A model generated the notes under the pieces. The model had not been told where the DNA came from, searched no databases, and saw only the letters and a program-made list of their open reading frames with translations. Both the position numbers and the translations under genes were made by a program. From a virus, in IMG/VR virus record IMGVR_UViG_3300025674_000028, positions 9,230-73,229 of that record: a DNA stretch of 64,000 nt. The stretch is one strand, 5' to 3'. Below, in pieces: positions 47,053-58,800 of the stretch (the stretch's first letter is position 1; each line of letters starts with the position of its first letter).

Positions 47053-47414
47053 GAGCCGATGTATGAGTACACGCCAGTGCCCGAGGTACTGACGACGTAA
47101 ATGTTGGCGATGTCGTTGATTTCCAACTTAGGGCTGCTTTCGCCAGGTCGGACAGGGTAGCCTGTGGCATCTGTCACAGTTGCGTCGCCAACATACACCG
47201 TCTCGGGACTGGCAGAATCGCATGTTATTGTAATGCCGCTTAATACTGCCGTAGATGCACCCAAAGCAGCTGCAACAGCTCCAGCAGTGCCTTGACCAAA
47301 CAGCAGCGCCGATCCCATTTCCTTAATATGGTGAGGAACGTGGTTGCCCGAGCCATTGACGGTACTTTCAACGGCGATTTTAATGTGGTTTGCGTCAAAA
47401 ACGTCAAAGGCCAT
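47049..47414 (-). CDS. Small beta-sandwich virion protein
   Basis: VYVGDATV...TGYPVRPGES...IYVV pattern; GAGG SD. Confidence 0.55.
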   Translation of the reverse strand: MAFDVFDANHIKIAVESTVNGSGNHVPHHIKEMGSALLFGQGTAGAVAAALGASTAVLSGITITCDSASPETVYVGDATVTDATGYPVRPGESSPKLEINDIANIYVVSTSGTGVYSYIGS

Positions 47415-47424
47415 GTGCGTGTCC

Positions 47425-50139
47425 TCAGATTATAGGCACATAGGGAGAATTGATCGCCCTGGAAAAATCAAGATTGACTTCAGAGCCCTCACACTCGTCC
47501 CAATAGTCCGGTTCGTTGAATGTGTGACTCTCACCAGCGCTCAGTGTCTTGTCTTCTTTATACACCCGGAGCACCTGAGGGCCATTGTCTACGCCAGTGT
47601 AGCTCGCAGTCAACGTGACCCGCGAGTCCATGACCCAGATTTCAGCTTGGTCGTACAAGGGCAGCGGTTGAGGGCATGCGTCTGGATCGGGAGGGTCATC
47701 CCCATAGACGTCGCTCCCCACATTGTAGCGCGGGTCATTATAGCCTGTCAGGGCTTCCCTGGCGGTCAATTGTGTCCGATCTCGAGGATAGGTTGTGCGG
47801 TCAAATTCAAGAGTCGTAAACACGAAATCGGACCCGCTGGCACCATCGACGTCAATCCCATTGTAAATCAGCATGTCACTTGGATTGTTGAATGTGTATG
47901 GCGCGATCAGCGGCTCAGTGGCGTGCAGCACGACCCTTAAATTCTCTGGAGGAACGCCCCCGACGTTTTCGACCAGCAGTGACCATTGATAGCCGATCCA
48001 ATTGACAATGTCTCCGTCTGCAACAGTCAAAGTCCCAGCCGTTAGTACGCCGCCACCCCCAGACACAATGTAGGCGTCTCCGAAACCAGGACTCAGTGCA
48101 TTCAAGTTGGCGACTGTTTGTTGGCCGACCATGTATCGCGTTGCAGGCTTGTAGTCCTGGTACAACGACTCTACGACTCGAAGATTGACAAAGTCATCCG
48201 GCTGTTGATTATCCCAATCACTGGCAAGCTGAGGAGAGGGGGGCATGCTTACTATTCTAGCGACATAATGGTCCCTCCGGCCTGACAGTGACGCATAGTC
48301 GGTAAGCTCCAAGTCGTCGTGGATCTTCGACGTGATATTGATCAGGACGTCAGTCAAGCCGCACCACACTCCTATGGCGTTAAGAAGGTATCGCCTGATG
48401 CGTTCTGAAAATCTGCTGCTGAACAATCGAATGATGTTGCCTGTCAGTGGACGCGGCAGTGCACGAAACTCGGCCATCAGGTATTCGACTTGAACGTCTG
48501 TCAATACTCGGCTGTATTTCTGAACTTCGTGTGACACCGCTTCAGCCAGCCTCACAGGTGCGCTGACCCAATCGTGACACACGGGCATTTCAACCAGCGG
48601 GTCAAAACGTTCAACGAGGTCGCCGATTTCTACTGTCGTTTGTAGTCCTGGCGGGTAAGGGTAAATGCGCTCCCTGTCGACCTCCTCCATGACAATAGCA
48701 GGTTGACCTCCCAATGACGTAAAAGACTTAACAACGCCAGGCCGCACTGCGATGGGCGCCCCAAGAAGACCCCCGATGGCCGAAGACAACGGACCAAGGT
48801 GTGGACCGCTGATCAATCCGTACAGTGCGCCGATGATTTGCGTTTTTAGCTTCAACGTATCAGACGATTCCAAAAGGTCTGCTATGCCAGTAAGGGGCGC
48901 AAACATCTTCTGCATCAGCTTGCCATCTAAAGCGACGGCCTCAGCCCACAACCTCGACGCTGGCTGATCTTCAAATTTTATGTACGCCCACAGGCCCTGC
49001 GGATGGCGCAGTAAGTCGTAATCAATGCTGGCGCGCAGAAACCCTTCGTCGTTTGAGACGTTTGGCTGGAGGATGGGCAGGTGACGAACGTTCGCGTCTA
49101 CGGATGGGTCGACAAAGTTCACAGTCTCAGGCTTGACCTTGACTATGGAGTCATTGGATGCGAACGCGGGGACAGCCTGAGCAACGGCAAGGCTTGGCGT
49201 CGTGATAACCCACGAATCCGCCCACCACGGATCAAGATACGTGTCATTTGTGCGTTCGGTGGTAAAGGACAGCCGGAGGGTTTTGCTTAAAGTAGCGCCG
49301 TTGTCCAGGTCATCAACTTGAACTGTGACTTCCGCTCCCTCCGTAGGGTTTAGGCCGTGGGTCGAGCCGTCATACCACAACTGGACTTGCAGTCTGTTGC
49401 CAGACGTCGTTCCGAGAACTCCCAAAGATGTATATTCGATAGAGTCGCTGGTCAGTGTCGCTGCAAATCCATCTTGTCCAGCTTTAATGACAAGCAGACT
49501 GACATCGCCTTTTGTGCTGATGCACACGTACAGTCCGCTATGCCTCGATGCGTGTGCCTGGTTACGATTCTTGTACCCCAGCATGACCCATGCCTTGTCC
49601 ACCGTCGGCGACAGGACTGCTGTGAAGCTCAAGATCGTCGAAAATCTATACTCTGTGTCGTAGCTAGAAGCTGAGCGGAATGGCACACCGACAAAAACAT
49701 CCGGGCCGGTCGTGTAAAGATCGTACTGCGTGCGAAAGTTGTCTTCGTCTACAGCGTACTGCGTGACTTTACTTTGCGTGTTCCCAGTGGTGCCGTCTAC
49801 GATGGACGTGACGTCAGTTTCTAACTCGACTGTGCGCAGTATGTCGTAGTAGAGCCACTTGCGAGGCAGGTGCAGGGGAAAGTCAATGAGACTGGCTGTT
49901 TGGTCGAGGTGAGCCGTCCTGACCATGATGTCAGAGGCGTATTGAATTAGCCCGCGCCACACGCATTCTAAGATGCGCTGGTCGTTTGCTGGCAACTCTT
50001 GCAGGTCGTCAGGAACAATGCCCCATAGAGGAGAGACATTGATGCCCTCAATAGTACCAAGCAAGGGCTCGTATGATTCTTTGCCTTGCGCCGTCGTGAC
50101 AACTTCAAGACCGTCAGTGAGCAGCGTAACGAAACTCAT
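47425..50139 (-). CDS. Putative baseplate wedge/tail protein
   Basis: 904 aa, two genes downstream of the baseplate J-like gene; ALYGLISGP...IGGLLGAP segment. Confidence 0.5.
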   Translation of the reverse strand: MSFVTLLTDGLEVVTTAQGKESYEPLLGTIEGINVSPLWGIVPDDLQELPANDQRILECVWRGLIQYASDIMVRTAHLDQTASLIDFPLHLPRKWLYYDILRTVELETDVTSIVDGTTGNTQSKVTQYAVDEDNFRTQYDLYTTGPDVFVGVPFRSASSYDTEYRFSTILSFTAVLSPTVDKAWVMLGYKNRNQAHASRHSGLYVCISTKGDVSLLVIKAGQDGFAATLTSDSIEYTSLGVLGTTSGNRLQVQLWYDGSTHGLNPTEGAEVTVQVDDLDNGATLSKTLRLSFTTERTNDTYLDPWWADSWVITTPSLAVAQAVPAFASNDSIVKVKPETVNFVDPSVDANVRHLPILQPNVSNDEGFLRASIDYDLLRHPQGLWAYIKFEDQPASRLWAEAVALDGKLMQKMFAPLTGIADLLESSDTLKLKTQIIGALYGLISGPHLGPLSSAIGGLLGAPIAVRPGVVKSFTSLGGQPAIVMEEVDRERIYPYPPGLQTTVEIGDLVERFDPLVEMPVCHDWVSAPVRLAEAVSHEVQKYSRVLTDVQVEYLMAEFRALPRPLTGNIIRLFSSRFSERIRRYLLNAIGVWCGLTDVLINITSKIHDDLELTDYASLSGRRDHYVARIVSMPPSPQLASDWDNQQPDDFVNLRVVESLYQDYKPATRYMVGQQTVANLNALSPGFGDAYIVSGGGGVLTAGTLTVADGDIVNWIGYQWSLLVENVGGVPPENLRVVLHATEPLIAPYTFNNPSDMLIYNGIDVDGASGSDFVFTTLEFDRTTYPRDRTQLTAREALTGYNDPRYNVGSDVYGDDPPDPDACPQPLPLYDQAEIWVMDSRVTLTASYTGVDNGPQVLRVYKEDKTLSAGESHTFNEPDYWDECEGSEVNLDFSRAINSPYVPII

Positions 50140-51488
50140 ACAAAACCTCCAAGCACCTCGGTCCCGCTTGGACCTTCACCTGCCGGGGGTGCCAAAGTTT
50201 TGCCAAGGTGAACGACAACAGACTGTGGATACAGCGTCTGGTTAATGCTGAGTTTGACTGGGGGCTCGTCGTAAGTCCGCTGCCACAGCACTTGCCTAAA
50301 CTCCATGTCAAAGACATAAAGCACGCCGCCATCTTCTAAATCAGTATCCGGGTTAAAACGAACCAGAACACCTGGATTTATGCCGTCAAACGCGACATCT
50401 AATATTTGACCGGGCGTCGGGATGCTGCTGCCCCGCACTTCCAGTCCAAGATCGTCACCATCAAAAGTCGCCCACAACTCATAGTTTTCCGGAGCACCTT
50501 TTGGGTCGCTGATTTTCAGGATTGCAGAGGCACAGAAGATGTAAGCGCTGCCGTCAGGATCAAATACGATGCGCGGGATTATTTGCGTGGTAGCGTCAGT
50601 TCCGATCTGACTCTCTGCGATAGAGTCAAAGACAAAGCTGGGCAACAATGTCGATGTCAGGGTCCATGAGGCAGTGCTCGCTCCGCCAGATGCAAAGGCA
50701 ATGCTTGGTACTAAGGGGCCGTTGGATCTACCAAAAACAACTTCTCCTGCCTTGTAAGCTAAAAAGCACGCAAAGCCATCGGGACGTATTTTGAAGTCAA
50801 GAAATCGGTGCGCGAGATCTGTTGTAATCATCCCAGGCGCTAACTCCAAAGCTTGCCAGGGGCGCGTCCACGCTGTAGTGTCGGGGAGACGGTACAGCAC
50901 TTCCACGGCCTCTTCTCCGCCCACGACGATGACTTCACCATCACCAAAGATGGCGTGCTCTAAAATTGTGAGCGACATGCCAGGATAATTTGCACACAGT
51001 TCGCCGCCCTCAATGACATTGGGAATAGCTGCGTCTGGTAACCCTGGCGCCCTGTAAATTGTATACGTGTCTTCACCGTAGTCTGCGTTCCACAATGTGT
51101 CGCCTTCGCGCAGCACAAAGTACCCGCCGCGGTATAGGCGACTCTTGTGTTTTCGGCGATCTGAGACGCCTACGGTGTAGTGGGAGATGAGCTCATCACG
51201 GGTGATGTACTCTATACCCTGTGTTTCAATTTCACTCCCATTGCACAAAAAGACATGATTTTCGCACAATATGACAAGAGGGGACGGCGGCCACTGCTTC
51301 CCAATGTCTGTAAACCATTGCGCTGCATTGCTGTCAGAGTCCAGGCCAGTGACGCTGTAGGTAGACGCATCGATGAAAGACTCCATACGTCCGGGCGCGT
51401 CATAATCTAAGATGGCCGACGATGGGTCCATAATTTCGTCACCGCTGTCATCACTTCGTGACACGGCATCTGTCGACCGGATGCGCAT
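50136..51488 (-). CDS. Hypothetical baseplate-region protein (beta-rich)
   Basis: Probable ATG at 51488 with GAGG SD, directly after the J-like stop. Confidence 0.6.
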   Translation of the reverse strand: MRIRSTDAVSRSDDSGDEIMDPSSAILDYDAPGRMESFIDASTYSVTGLDSDSNAAQWFTDIGKQWPPSPLVILCENHVFLCNGSEIETQGIEYITRDELISHYTVGVSDRRKHKSRLYRGGYFVLREGDTLWNADYGEDTYTIYRAPGLPDAAIPNVIEGGELCANYPGMSLTILEHAIFGDGEVIVVGGEEAVEVLYRLPDTTAWTRPWQALELAPGMITTDLAHRFLDFKIRPDGFACFLAYKAGEVVFGRSNGPLVPSIAFASGGASTASWTLTSTLLPSFVFDSIAESQIGTDATTQIIPRIVFDPDGSAYIFCASAILKISDPKGAPENYELWATFDGDDLGLEVRGSSIPTPGQILDVAFDGINPGVLVRFNPDTDLEDGGVLYVFDMEFRQVLWQRTYDEPPVKLSINQTLYPQSVVVHLGKTLAPPAGEGPSGTEVLGGFV

Positions 51489-51490
51489 TG

Positions 51491-54400
51491 CTAGTCCTCT
51501 TGGTAGTCCCCAAAGCGGTAGACAAACTCGCCAATCCAATTGCTGGGATTTTCGTCAACGAAATCTTGATTGTTTGCTTTAGCCTGAGCGCGAAGCGTCG
51601 TGTCGATCTGACGACACAAGATGGCATCAGGGATTAAGTCACCGATGTCATCAAGCTGAGTGGTGCCACGGCTGGCGTTGCGCCTAAAGTCACGCAAGTG
51701 ATCCTGCACCATGACAAAGGCTCGCCCCGTACTGACATAGGTCGCCCCAGCGTCACGCAAAGCATCAACCAAATCTGACAAGTCTAATGCCTTGCTGACT
51801 TGCGCTTCAGCGAATGCGGCTACAACCACGCTGGCTGCCTGCTCCGCCTCTAAGTCCTCAGCTTCGTAATGAAATGCAATGACAACGCGCGCGGGCGGCA
51901 TCTGCCGTACAAGTCCTGTGTTTGTCATAGGACGTACAGATGGATCATCCAGCGTCTCCTGAATGTCTGTCAGACGACTGCCTGTTGGCCCGTAGAGCTG
52001 CAGGGTTCTGCCGTCTACTTCTTCCCCGTCATTGAGGTATCCAGTTGGCAGCAAAAGGCTGACGTCGTCGTCTGCCGACATAAACGTGCCCGGCCGCGAC
52101 GAGTACAGGAAAAAACCATGCGCGTACAGTTCAAGGGGATCAAACTGAGCGGGCGTATTGAACGGCGGGTGTTCTACGTCTTGCGGATCGCTGCTTGTGT
52201 GGTCAAGACGTGCACAGAAGACATCAAAATTATATGTGCCTTCCGCTGTACGTCCTTGAGCAATCTGCGCAGCCCGGCTCGTACCCTGCACTATAAAAAG
52301 CCGCCCGGTCTCGTTAGAAGGTATGTCTGGCGCAGCGACAATAATCGCGTCACCGCCTGCTTCTATGCTTTGAATTGGAAAAGCTCGAGCAACCTTGAAC
52401 CACTCCTGCTCTGATAAATCAGTGTAGTTTGGAGCGTAGGGGTAGGGGTCTGGCCAACCTGCTGTGTCGGAGATGACTGCGTCAACAAAGGTGTCGGGGA
52501 TCAAAAACGCCCAATCGCCTGCCCTCGGTGTTCTTGGGCCATCCTCATCGTAGACAATTTGACCAATAAAATCCGTCAAATTGGATTCGGCGATGCCGGG
52601 CGTGCCCAGTACAAGACGGTCTGTCTCGGCCAGGGTTGCGTCAAGTGGAGTGGCCGCATACGTCGTGGAGCCCCAATAGAGGGGTCTGTATGGGCCATAG
52701 CGCTTCCACGAATCCTTTCCGACGACAGGATTTCCTGGCGACGCCGCCTCGTAACTGACGCCTGAACCTACAGGCGTGTATCCGCTGGGGACTGACGGAT
52801 CGACGTCAAAGTCAATCCCGTCGATACCTATACTGCAAGCAGGGCTTGGAGCCATGGCCTGCGGGCCCGTTAGGTGAAATCGAACACGCACAGGCGTCGA
52901 CCCTGCGGTGGCGTCTGCGCTGTGACGCGCCTCCAAAAATTCTACAAATAGTGGGTGTGCAGGATAGGCGTAAGCCCGTTGCCCATTGGACTTTGGTTGT
53001 CCGTTGATGGCATCCATCAACTCAATACGCGACAACCACGCCAAGGGCAGCGGAGTCTCTTGCTCAATCAAGTTGCGAGTTCTGGGCACGTAGGCAAAGT
53101 TTACAAGCTCGGGCGTCTCAACGCCTGGCTTTGTCAACGCTGGATAATTGCCAACAGTGATGACATCTCCATTTGCCCCAATTGCTCGTCGCCGTATTAA
53201 GGGCAACGCAAAACATGGAACGGATGTGTGTGGCAAGATGCTAGCAGCGTACTTTCCGCGGCTGGAATCCGTCCAGTCTGCGTTGCTGCGCACAGCTTGC
53301 CACCTGAAGCGATCGACATCAATGTTTATGGCAGTATCGGTTGTATCCCACTCAACAACCGTCTTTTGCCCGTTGGTCAAGATGCCGTTGCCGAGGGACC
53401 GCACAATGCCCCGTGACCGGATGCCCGTCAGAGTATCCACCCAAGACTCACGTTCGATAACGTCCCCTATTTCAATAGGGAAAGCAGACCAGGTGTGACG
53501 CACAAAAGGTTGACGATAGATGGAAGGATCGTTGACAACCAAGCCCAGGCTCAAAGCGCGTGTCACGAAGACATACTCATTAGACGCAAGGGGTGCACTT
53601 GATGTTGGGTCTACTTGAACCGGTGTCGCCGGGTTTCCGTCGTGCTCAATATACCCAATGTCTCCGCTGACAAGCAGCAGCCCTTCGTCTCGACAGTTGC
53701 TGACTCGTACCGTTGTCGTCTCTTGTTGTGTGCCTCCTTCAGACGTAATCCACAGATCGTAGGCCACGCCAAGCGACACAAACTCTCCTTGAGTCAAGCT
53801 GGTTGAGGAATTGCTGTAGTCCCGCTTGTAGCCTCCTAACACGCCGCTGATAAAGGACGGACCGTAAATGCGGTCGCGCAGCATAAGCTCATCGCCTGCT
53901 CGACTGAGGTAGTAGGCTGACAGTCCCAGCGTCCCAAGCAAATACTCCAGCCCGCCAAAGGAAGCGGCACTGCGATTGCGGTTGCTGTTTTGAATGCGCG
54001 CCAAATAACTTGTTGGATCGTCAGCGTCTGCCCCGCCTTCAATCCGAGTCAAGTTGGTGATGCTGCTTGCACCGACTACGCCTGTTGCGCCTCTCGCCTG
54101 ACCAACCTCCAAATCATAGATTGTCCCTGGCTCTGTCGCGACTACGGGAATGTCTACATAGTAGCGAGTCCCGTCAATTTGATTGCGCATAGAGGCAGCG
54201 GTAATCGTGACAAAAGAGCTTGGCCTGTAGATACGCTCCGGCGCGTCGCCGCTGCTTGCAATCGTGATGCGCGTCACACCATCGACAGTCAAATTGCGAG
54301 GTGTTGGGAAATATGCCCGCATGGTACCTGACGCAAATCGACCGTTTTCGGGGTCGACAAAGAAAGAACTGCGATGGTCTTCTAGGTCGCTGCCTGACAG

Positions 54401-54706
54401 CAGCCGGCGATCATTCAAAGACCTACGGCTTTTGGCCGCCTCGTTCTCCAAGTCAAGCGTTTGAAAAATCAATGCCGCGATACGTCCGACGGCGTCACTC
54501 AGCGCGCTGTCTTCTATATCGGGAAACTCTTCAGACAGTCGCGCTCTGACAATCGCAAGGACGTCAGACTTTGGCTGCCCTATGCCAAAATAGGAAGACA
54601 CCGGAGATGTAAACTCCGCTTGAAACGTGGTGCTGTTTTGATCTACTTCGGGAGCTACAGCGGCCAAGCGCTCAAGTAAAAACTCGAGTGTATTTTCAGA
54701 GGACAT
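51491..54706 (-). CDS. Baseplate J-like (T4 gp6-like) protein with large insertion
   Basis: ASGTMRAYF, IPVVATEPGTIYD and ITNLTRIEGGADADDPTSYLARI signatures; 1071 aa. Confidence 0.8.
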   Translation of the reverse strand: MSSENTLEFLLERLAAVAPEVDQNSTTFQAEFTSPVSSYFGIGQPKSDVLAIVRARLSEEFPDIEDSALSDAVGRIAALIFQTLDLENEAAKSRRSLNDRRLLSGSDLEDHRSSFFVDPENGRFASGTMRAYFPTPRNLTVDGVTRITIASSGDAPERIYRPSSFVTITAASMRNQIDGTRYYVDIPVVATEPGTIYDLEVGQARGATGVVGASSITNLTRIEGGADADDPTSYLARIQNSNRNRSAASFGGLEYLLGTLGLSAYYLSRAGDELMLRDRIYGPSFISGVLGGYKRDYSNSSTSLTQGEFVSLGVAYDLWITSEGGTQQETTTVRVSNCRDEGLLLVSGDIGYIEHDGNPATPVQVDPTSSAPLASNEYVFVTRALSLGLVVNDPSIYRQPFVRHTWSAFPIEIGDVIERESWVDTLTGIRSRGIVRSLGNGILTNGQKTVVEWDTTDTAINIDVDRFRWQAVRSNADWTDSSRGKYAASILPHTSVPCFALPLIRRRAIGANGDVITVGNYPALTKPGVETPELVNFAYVPRTRNLIEQETPLPLAWLSRIELMDAINGQPKSNGQRAYAYPAHPLFVEFLEARHSADATAGSTPVRVRFHLTGPQAMAPSPACSIGIDGIDFDVDPSVPSGYTPVGSGVSYEAASPGNPVVGKDSWKRYGPYRPLYWGSTTYAATPLDATLAETDRLVLGTPGIAESNLTDFIGQIVYDEDGPRTPRAGDWAFLIPDTFVDAVISDTAGWPDPYPYAPNYTDLSEQEWFKVARAFPIQSIEAGGDAIIVAAPDIPSNETGRLFIVQGTSRAAQIAQGRTAEGTYNFDVFCARLDHTSSDPQDVEHPPFNTPAQFDPLELYAHGFFLYSSRPGTFMSADDDVSLLLPTGYLNDGEEVDGRTLQLYGPTGSRLTDIQETLDDPSVRPMTNTGLVRQMPPARVVIAFHYEAEDLEAEQAASVVVAAFAEAQVSKALDLSDLVDALRDAGATYVSTGRAFVMVQDHLRDFRRNASRGTTQLDDIGDLIPDAILCRQIDTTLRAQAKANNQDFVDENPSNWIGEFVYRFGDYQED

Positions 54707-54714
54707 GATTGCTC

Positions 54715-55497
54715 CTAAATAGTCACTGCCGACGCTAACTCAACCACGTCATCGCCTTGCACGACTTGCATTTTTAGCGTCACGGCCAACACGCGCTCGT
54801 CAGACTGCGATGCAGTTAATGAGCGTCCCACAAGATCGGTGTCACCCAGAGGTACAAGCCCCCAGGCGTCCTCAACCTGAGACCACGTCAAGTAACGCAC
54901 CCTAAAAGGCTTTGTATGTTGAACAGTCCATCGAGATACTGCACGCACTCTACGAGGGTACGTATTCCAGCTATGACATGCAGTCTCAACCATGCGATGC
55001 GCGACTGCTTCAGTCAACAGCCCTCTGCGACGCATTTGAAGCAACTGGCCGCCGCGGTCTGGCCGCAACGGATCTTTGCCCATAAGCAAAAACCGAATGC
55101 ATCGCTGTACGGCCTCTTCTAACGACGACTCTAAGACTGGCGCTGCGCCCATCCCAACAGAGACAGAGACCGTTTGTGGAGTGTCGGGCGTTGTCCCCAG
55201 TTCTCTCAATCGGGCATCTGCAAAGATCCTGATTGTGCTGTTCTGTAAGAACCCTGTCAGCGACTCTCCGCTCCGTCGCAGCGTCTCAGGGATGATGAAT
55301 GCGACGACGCGACCGCCATAAAACTCAACGTCTGAGGCAGCAGTATGGTCTATTTCGACTCGGTAGATGCTTGCCACGGCACGCGACAATTGGACGACGA
55401 CCTTCCATACACCGTCAGTGTCAGTGTATTTGAGAAATTTACCGGGCACGGGCTCGATGCCGCGGTAGAGTATCAAGTCGCCTCGCGTAGTCATCAA
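54715..55497 (-). CDS. Putative gp25/W-like baseplate protein
   Basis: Immediately upstream of the J-like gene; segment EEAVQRCIRFLL...PDRGGQL. Confidence 0.5.
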   Translation of the reverse strand: MMTTRGDLILYRGIEPVPGKFLKYTDTDGVWKVVVQLSRAVASIYRVEIDHTAASDVEFYGGRVVAFIIPETLRRSGESLTGFLQNSTIRIFADARLRELGTTPDTPQTVSVSVGMGAAPVLESSLEEAVQRCIRFLLMGKDPLRPDRGGQLLQMRRRGLLTEAVAHRMVETACHSWNTYPRRVRAVSRWTVQHTKPFRVRYLTWSQVEDAWGLVPLGDTDLVGRSLTASQSDERVLAVTLKMQVVQGDDVVELASAVTI

Positions 55498-55853
55498 GCA
55501 TCCTCTTGCGTCAGAAGAAGCTGCTGCTCTTCAAGGCTGTCTAGGAGTATTACACCGAAGCTCTCAGGGTCATCGAGCATCATCTCCATCTGATCGATCA
55601 GCCCTTCACGCAACTCGATCATATCTCCGATGGAGACGACGGTGCGCCGATTGCCGTAATCATCCAACACGGTAGGCAAATCAGGCCTTTGATTGTTGGT
55701 CAGATCCGCAAGAACACGAACGCGAGCCGCTTCTAAGTCAAAGCGCTCCAAGTCACCCGCAGCCGCCCTTTGAGCCAGCCAGTTATTGGCGTCAGCAAGG
55801 CGATCAAAGATGTCAAAGCGCCTTTGAATATTTTGTTGTGTTTGGTTGCTCAT
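55494..55853 (-). CDS. Hypothetical helical protein
   Basis: 119 aa; ATGA overlaps on both sides. Confidence 0.65.
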   Translation of the reverse strand: MSNQTQQNIQRRFDIFDRLADANNWLAQRAAAGDLERFDLEAARVRVLADLTNNQRPDLPTVLDDYGNRRTVVSIGDMIELREGLIDQMEMMLDDPESFGVILLDSLEEQQLLLTQEDA

Positions 55854-58800
55854 TGGCCGCCTTCAATTGGAGACACCCTGCGACGGCTCAAAGATGACAT
55901 GAGGTCGTCTACCCTGTCCATAAGGTCCGTCGCTCCTTGGGATAACCACCCAGGATCTATCCAGTCCTCAAACTCTGATTCTAACAGAGCGTCAGCTGCT
56001 TTATCATGTCCTTGTGATTTTAAACGCGACGCAGCATCCACGATCCTGTTCCTGGACGGGGCAACAGGGTATCCCAGGTATTGGTCAAGCGATTCTAGGT
56101 ATCGGTATAAGCTGCGTACTTCTCGCCAGGCATTGCTAAGAACGCTCTCAAAAAGGGTAACAGTCCCACTTAGAGAAGTAGGGACTGGCCGGGAAAACGT
56201 GACTGTGACAACGGTTGGGGCCGCGTCATCATCAATCGTCGCAGTCTGTATGCGTATGGGTGGGTCTGGCTCATCGCCAACGCTGAAGACGACGTCACAC
56301 CCCTCTAACCGACTGACGCCTGGCGTACCGACGACAGTCAGCGTCCCGCCGCGCCTATCGCTGTTGACTGTCAGCGTGAGTCCAGCCTGGGAAGCTAATG
56401 CCCTGCGCGGCCGACCGAGCGTCGCTCTTGCACGCCCGATTTCGTCAAAGAGCTCGTTTAGGTCAGGCGTAATTCGTCTTTCCAGCCGATACTCCATCAA
56501 TGCGTAGGGCGGGTAAGACGGACTGCCGCCCGTCGTCAATGGACCTCGAACACTTCCACGCAGTTGAGTGCTTGTCCTAACTGACACTTCGCCGGTCGTA
56601 GCAGGCAGGAGAAGCGCAGGAATGCCGATACGCACTTTCTTTATGATGTCATAAACCAGCGATCCACCTGCGGGAAATTCTCCCAAAGGGTCACCGTCTA
56701 GGCCTACCCATAACTCTCGAAGATTTAACAAGCCATCATAGCCGTCGGACCTGATCCGAACGGCAAATTGCGCGTCGATAGGGCTCGATGGCAGTGGCCG
56801 ATTCAAACTGGTCGTGATGATATTATAGAGGCCGACCATCGACGCGGAATGCACTCTACCTCCAGCACGCAGAAACCACCGTACAGGAATGACGCTGCCG
56901 GGGTCTTGCGTAATGCTTTTGGCAAGTTGGTAGCGGAACCGACGCTCGATAGCGTCAAGATCAACCAAATCTTCGCTGTCGCTCTCGACAACCTCAAAGC
57001 GCCGTGTCGTCGCCGAGTCAGAGCACAGAGCCACAGGGCCGCGGTAGTACACACCGTCCACTAAGTCTACGCCTATACCAGTCAGTGGCTTCACTTTGAG
57101 GTATGCGCTGCCGCCGATAAACTCTACAGACTCAAATTTCCATGTTCCAGTTTCAGCCTCAGTGTCGGACAACAATACGAATCGATCTCCGCGTCCGCTG
57201 TGACGTGTCCGGTGACCCTCCACTGTCTCGCCGTCAGCTAGTGTGATGGCTGGAACGATGTACGCGATGTGACCGTTTGTCGCCCATACAGTAATACGGC
57301 GCCCATCACTCAACGTAATTCGATCTCCAGGCGCTATGTCGAGGGCAAGATTCGTGAAGCCGCGCCAAGGGCTCAGTGCGCTGACCTCCAGCGTCGTGCA
57401 GGCATCTGGGTCTTGAATTGACCCTGCTTGCATTTGAAGAGTCCAGTCAACTGTAGAGTCTATATTCGTGTCCAAAATGACGTAGAAGTCCCCGTCAGAT
57501 ACAAAATCAGCACTGGCTGCTTCCAGCGTATGACCTGTCCGTATGCCGCTTTCCAAAGCACGTACAGAAATTGGCGGATTGACTCCACTTCGATCTACCA
57601 GCCGCAATGGGCGTTGCGCCAGTGCCGATGTCAAGCTGTTCGCATAGGATGCGCTTACAGGCATATCGAGAACGACGGTATCGGTCACTCCTGCCGCGAC
57701 ACGGTCTCGATACAAAACAGCTGATCCGCTCCACGCTCGCCCTCCATATGGGTCTGTAGATGGTATGGTACTCGACAAGGATGCAGACGTTACAACACCA
57801 TCAGTGCCAAGTGCCGACACTTGACGATCATACGCACTGGAAAATAATGGACTGTAGTAACTATCATACGGAGCATTCAGACGCAGATTGACGCGGATGC
57901 CTGACGTCGCAGGGTTAACGTAATCAAAGCTAGTTAAAGGGAAGCCAAAATCTACAGCTTGCCAGACGTTGAGTTGGGGAGTTGCTACGGGAGGTGTGGC
58001 TGAATTTGCCAGTCCTTCCAGCCATCCGCCCATTGCGGTGCGATTCGGGTATAGGTCTGACTGTATTTCCAGTAGCCTGTAAACGCCCGGCACATTCGTA
58101 AATTCGATGGGAATGGGGGCTACATTGGCGATAAGAAGTCTGTCGGACCCATCAGCCCCCCATACAACATAATCGCCAATTGAAGGCGGCACTGAGGGTT
58201 CTTCAATCAAGACGTTGTATGTGCCCACGGTCTTGTACGCTGTTGCGTAATAAAGGCTGTGATTCGACGGTGTCAGTTGGTCGATGACGTTGTGATGCAT
58301 GACGTAGACAGGCAAGTCAGTGCCATCTATTTGATGCAGCGGGGTCGCCGATGCGGTCTCTACGAGCACCTTATTGACTGGGTTGACTTGAACGACATCG
58401 ACCCACCCAGCCTTAAACTGTGAGGGGGTGATGCTTACGCCCTGTTCAAACCAAGTAGGGTGATCCCAGCCGCCGTCACTGCGAATACATGTTTCTAGAT
58501 ATTGCTTGTCTCCATCGACAGACAAGCGTGCAGGAAAGGTGCGCCGTCCTTTAATCTTCTCGGGAATTGGACGTAACCGGACATCCAAAGTCTTTGCATC
58601 CGGCTTGCTCCTAATGCTGACGTCAGGACTTCTTAACTCTCCAAAAGGTGTGACGACAGACAACAAGCGGTCCATGATCTCAATTGCAAGAACTGTGTGG
58701 ATCAGAGTCTCATCGACGGGCCCATCATTTGGTCCAAGTTTGCGTATGCCTTCAATGTCCAAGGACAGGTCTGCATCAAAGCTTTCAAGCATGCGCCGAA

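Noticed and set aside
55770-56507. 245-aa plus-strand ORF (and similar antisense ORFs at 14174, 29833, 47344, 62226)
   Set aside because: Fully overlap well-supported genes on the opposite strand and have no recognisable protein motifs
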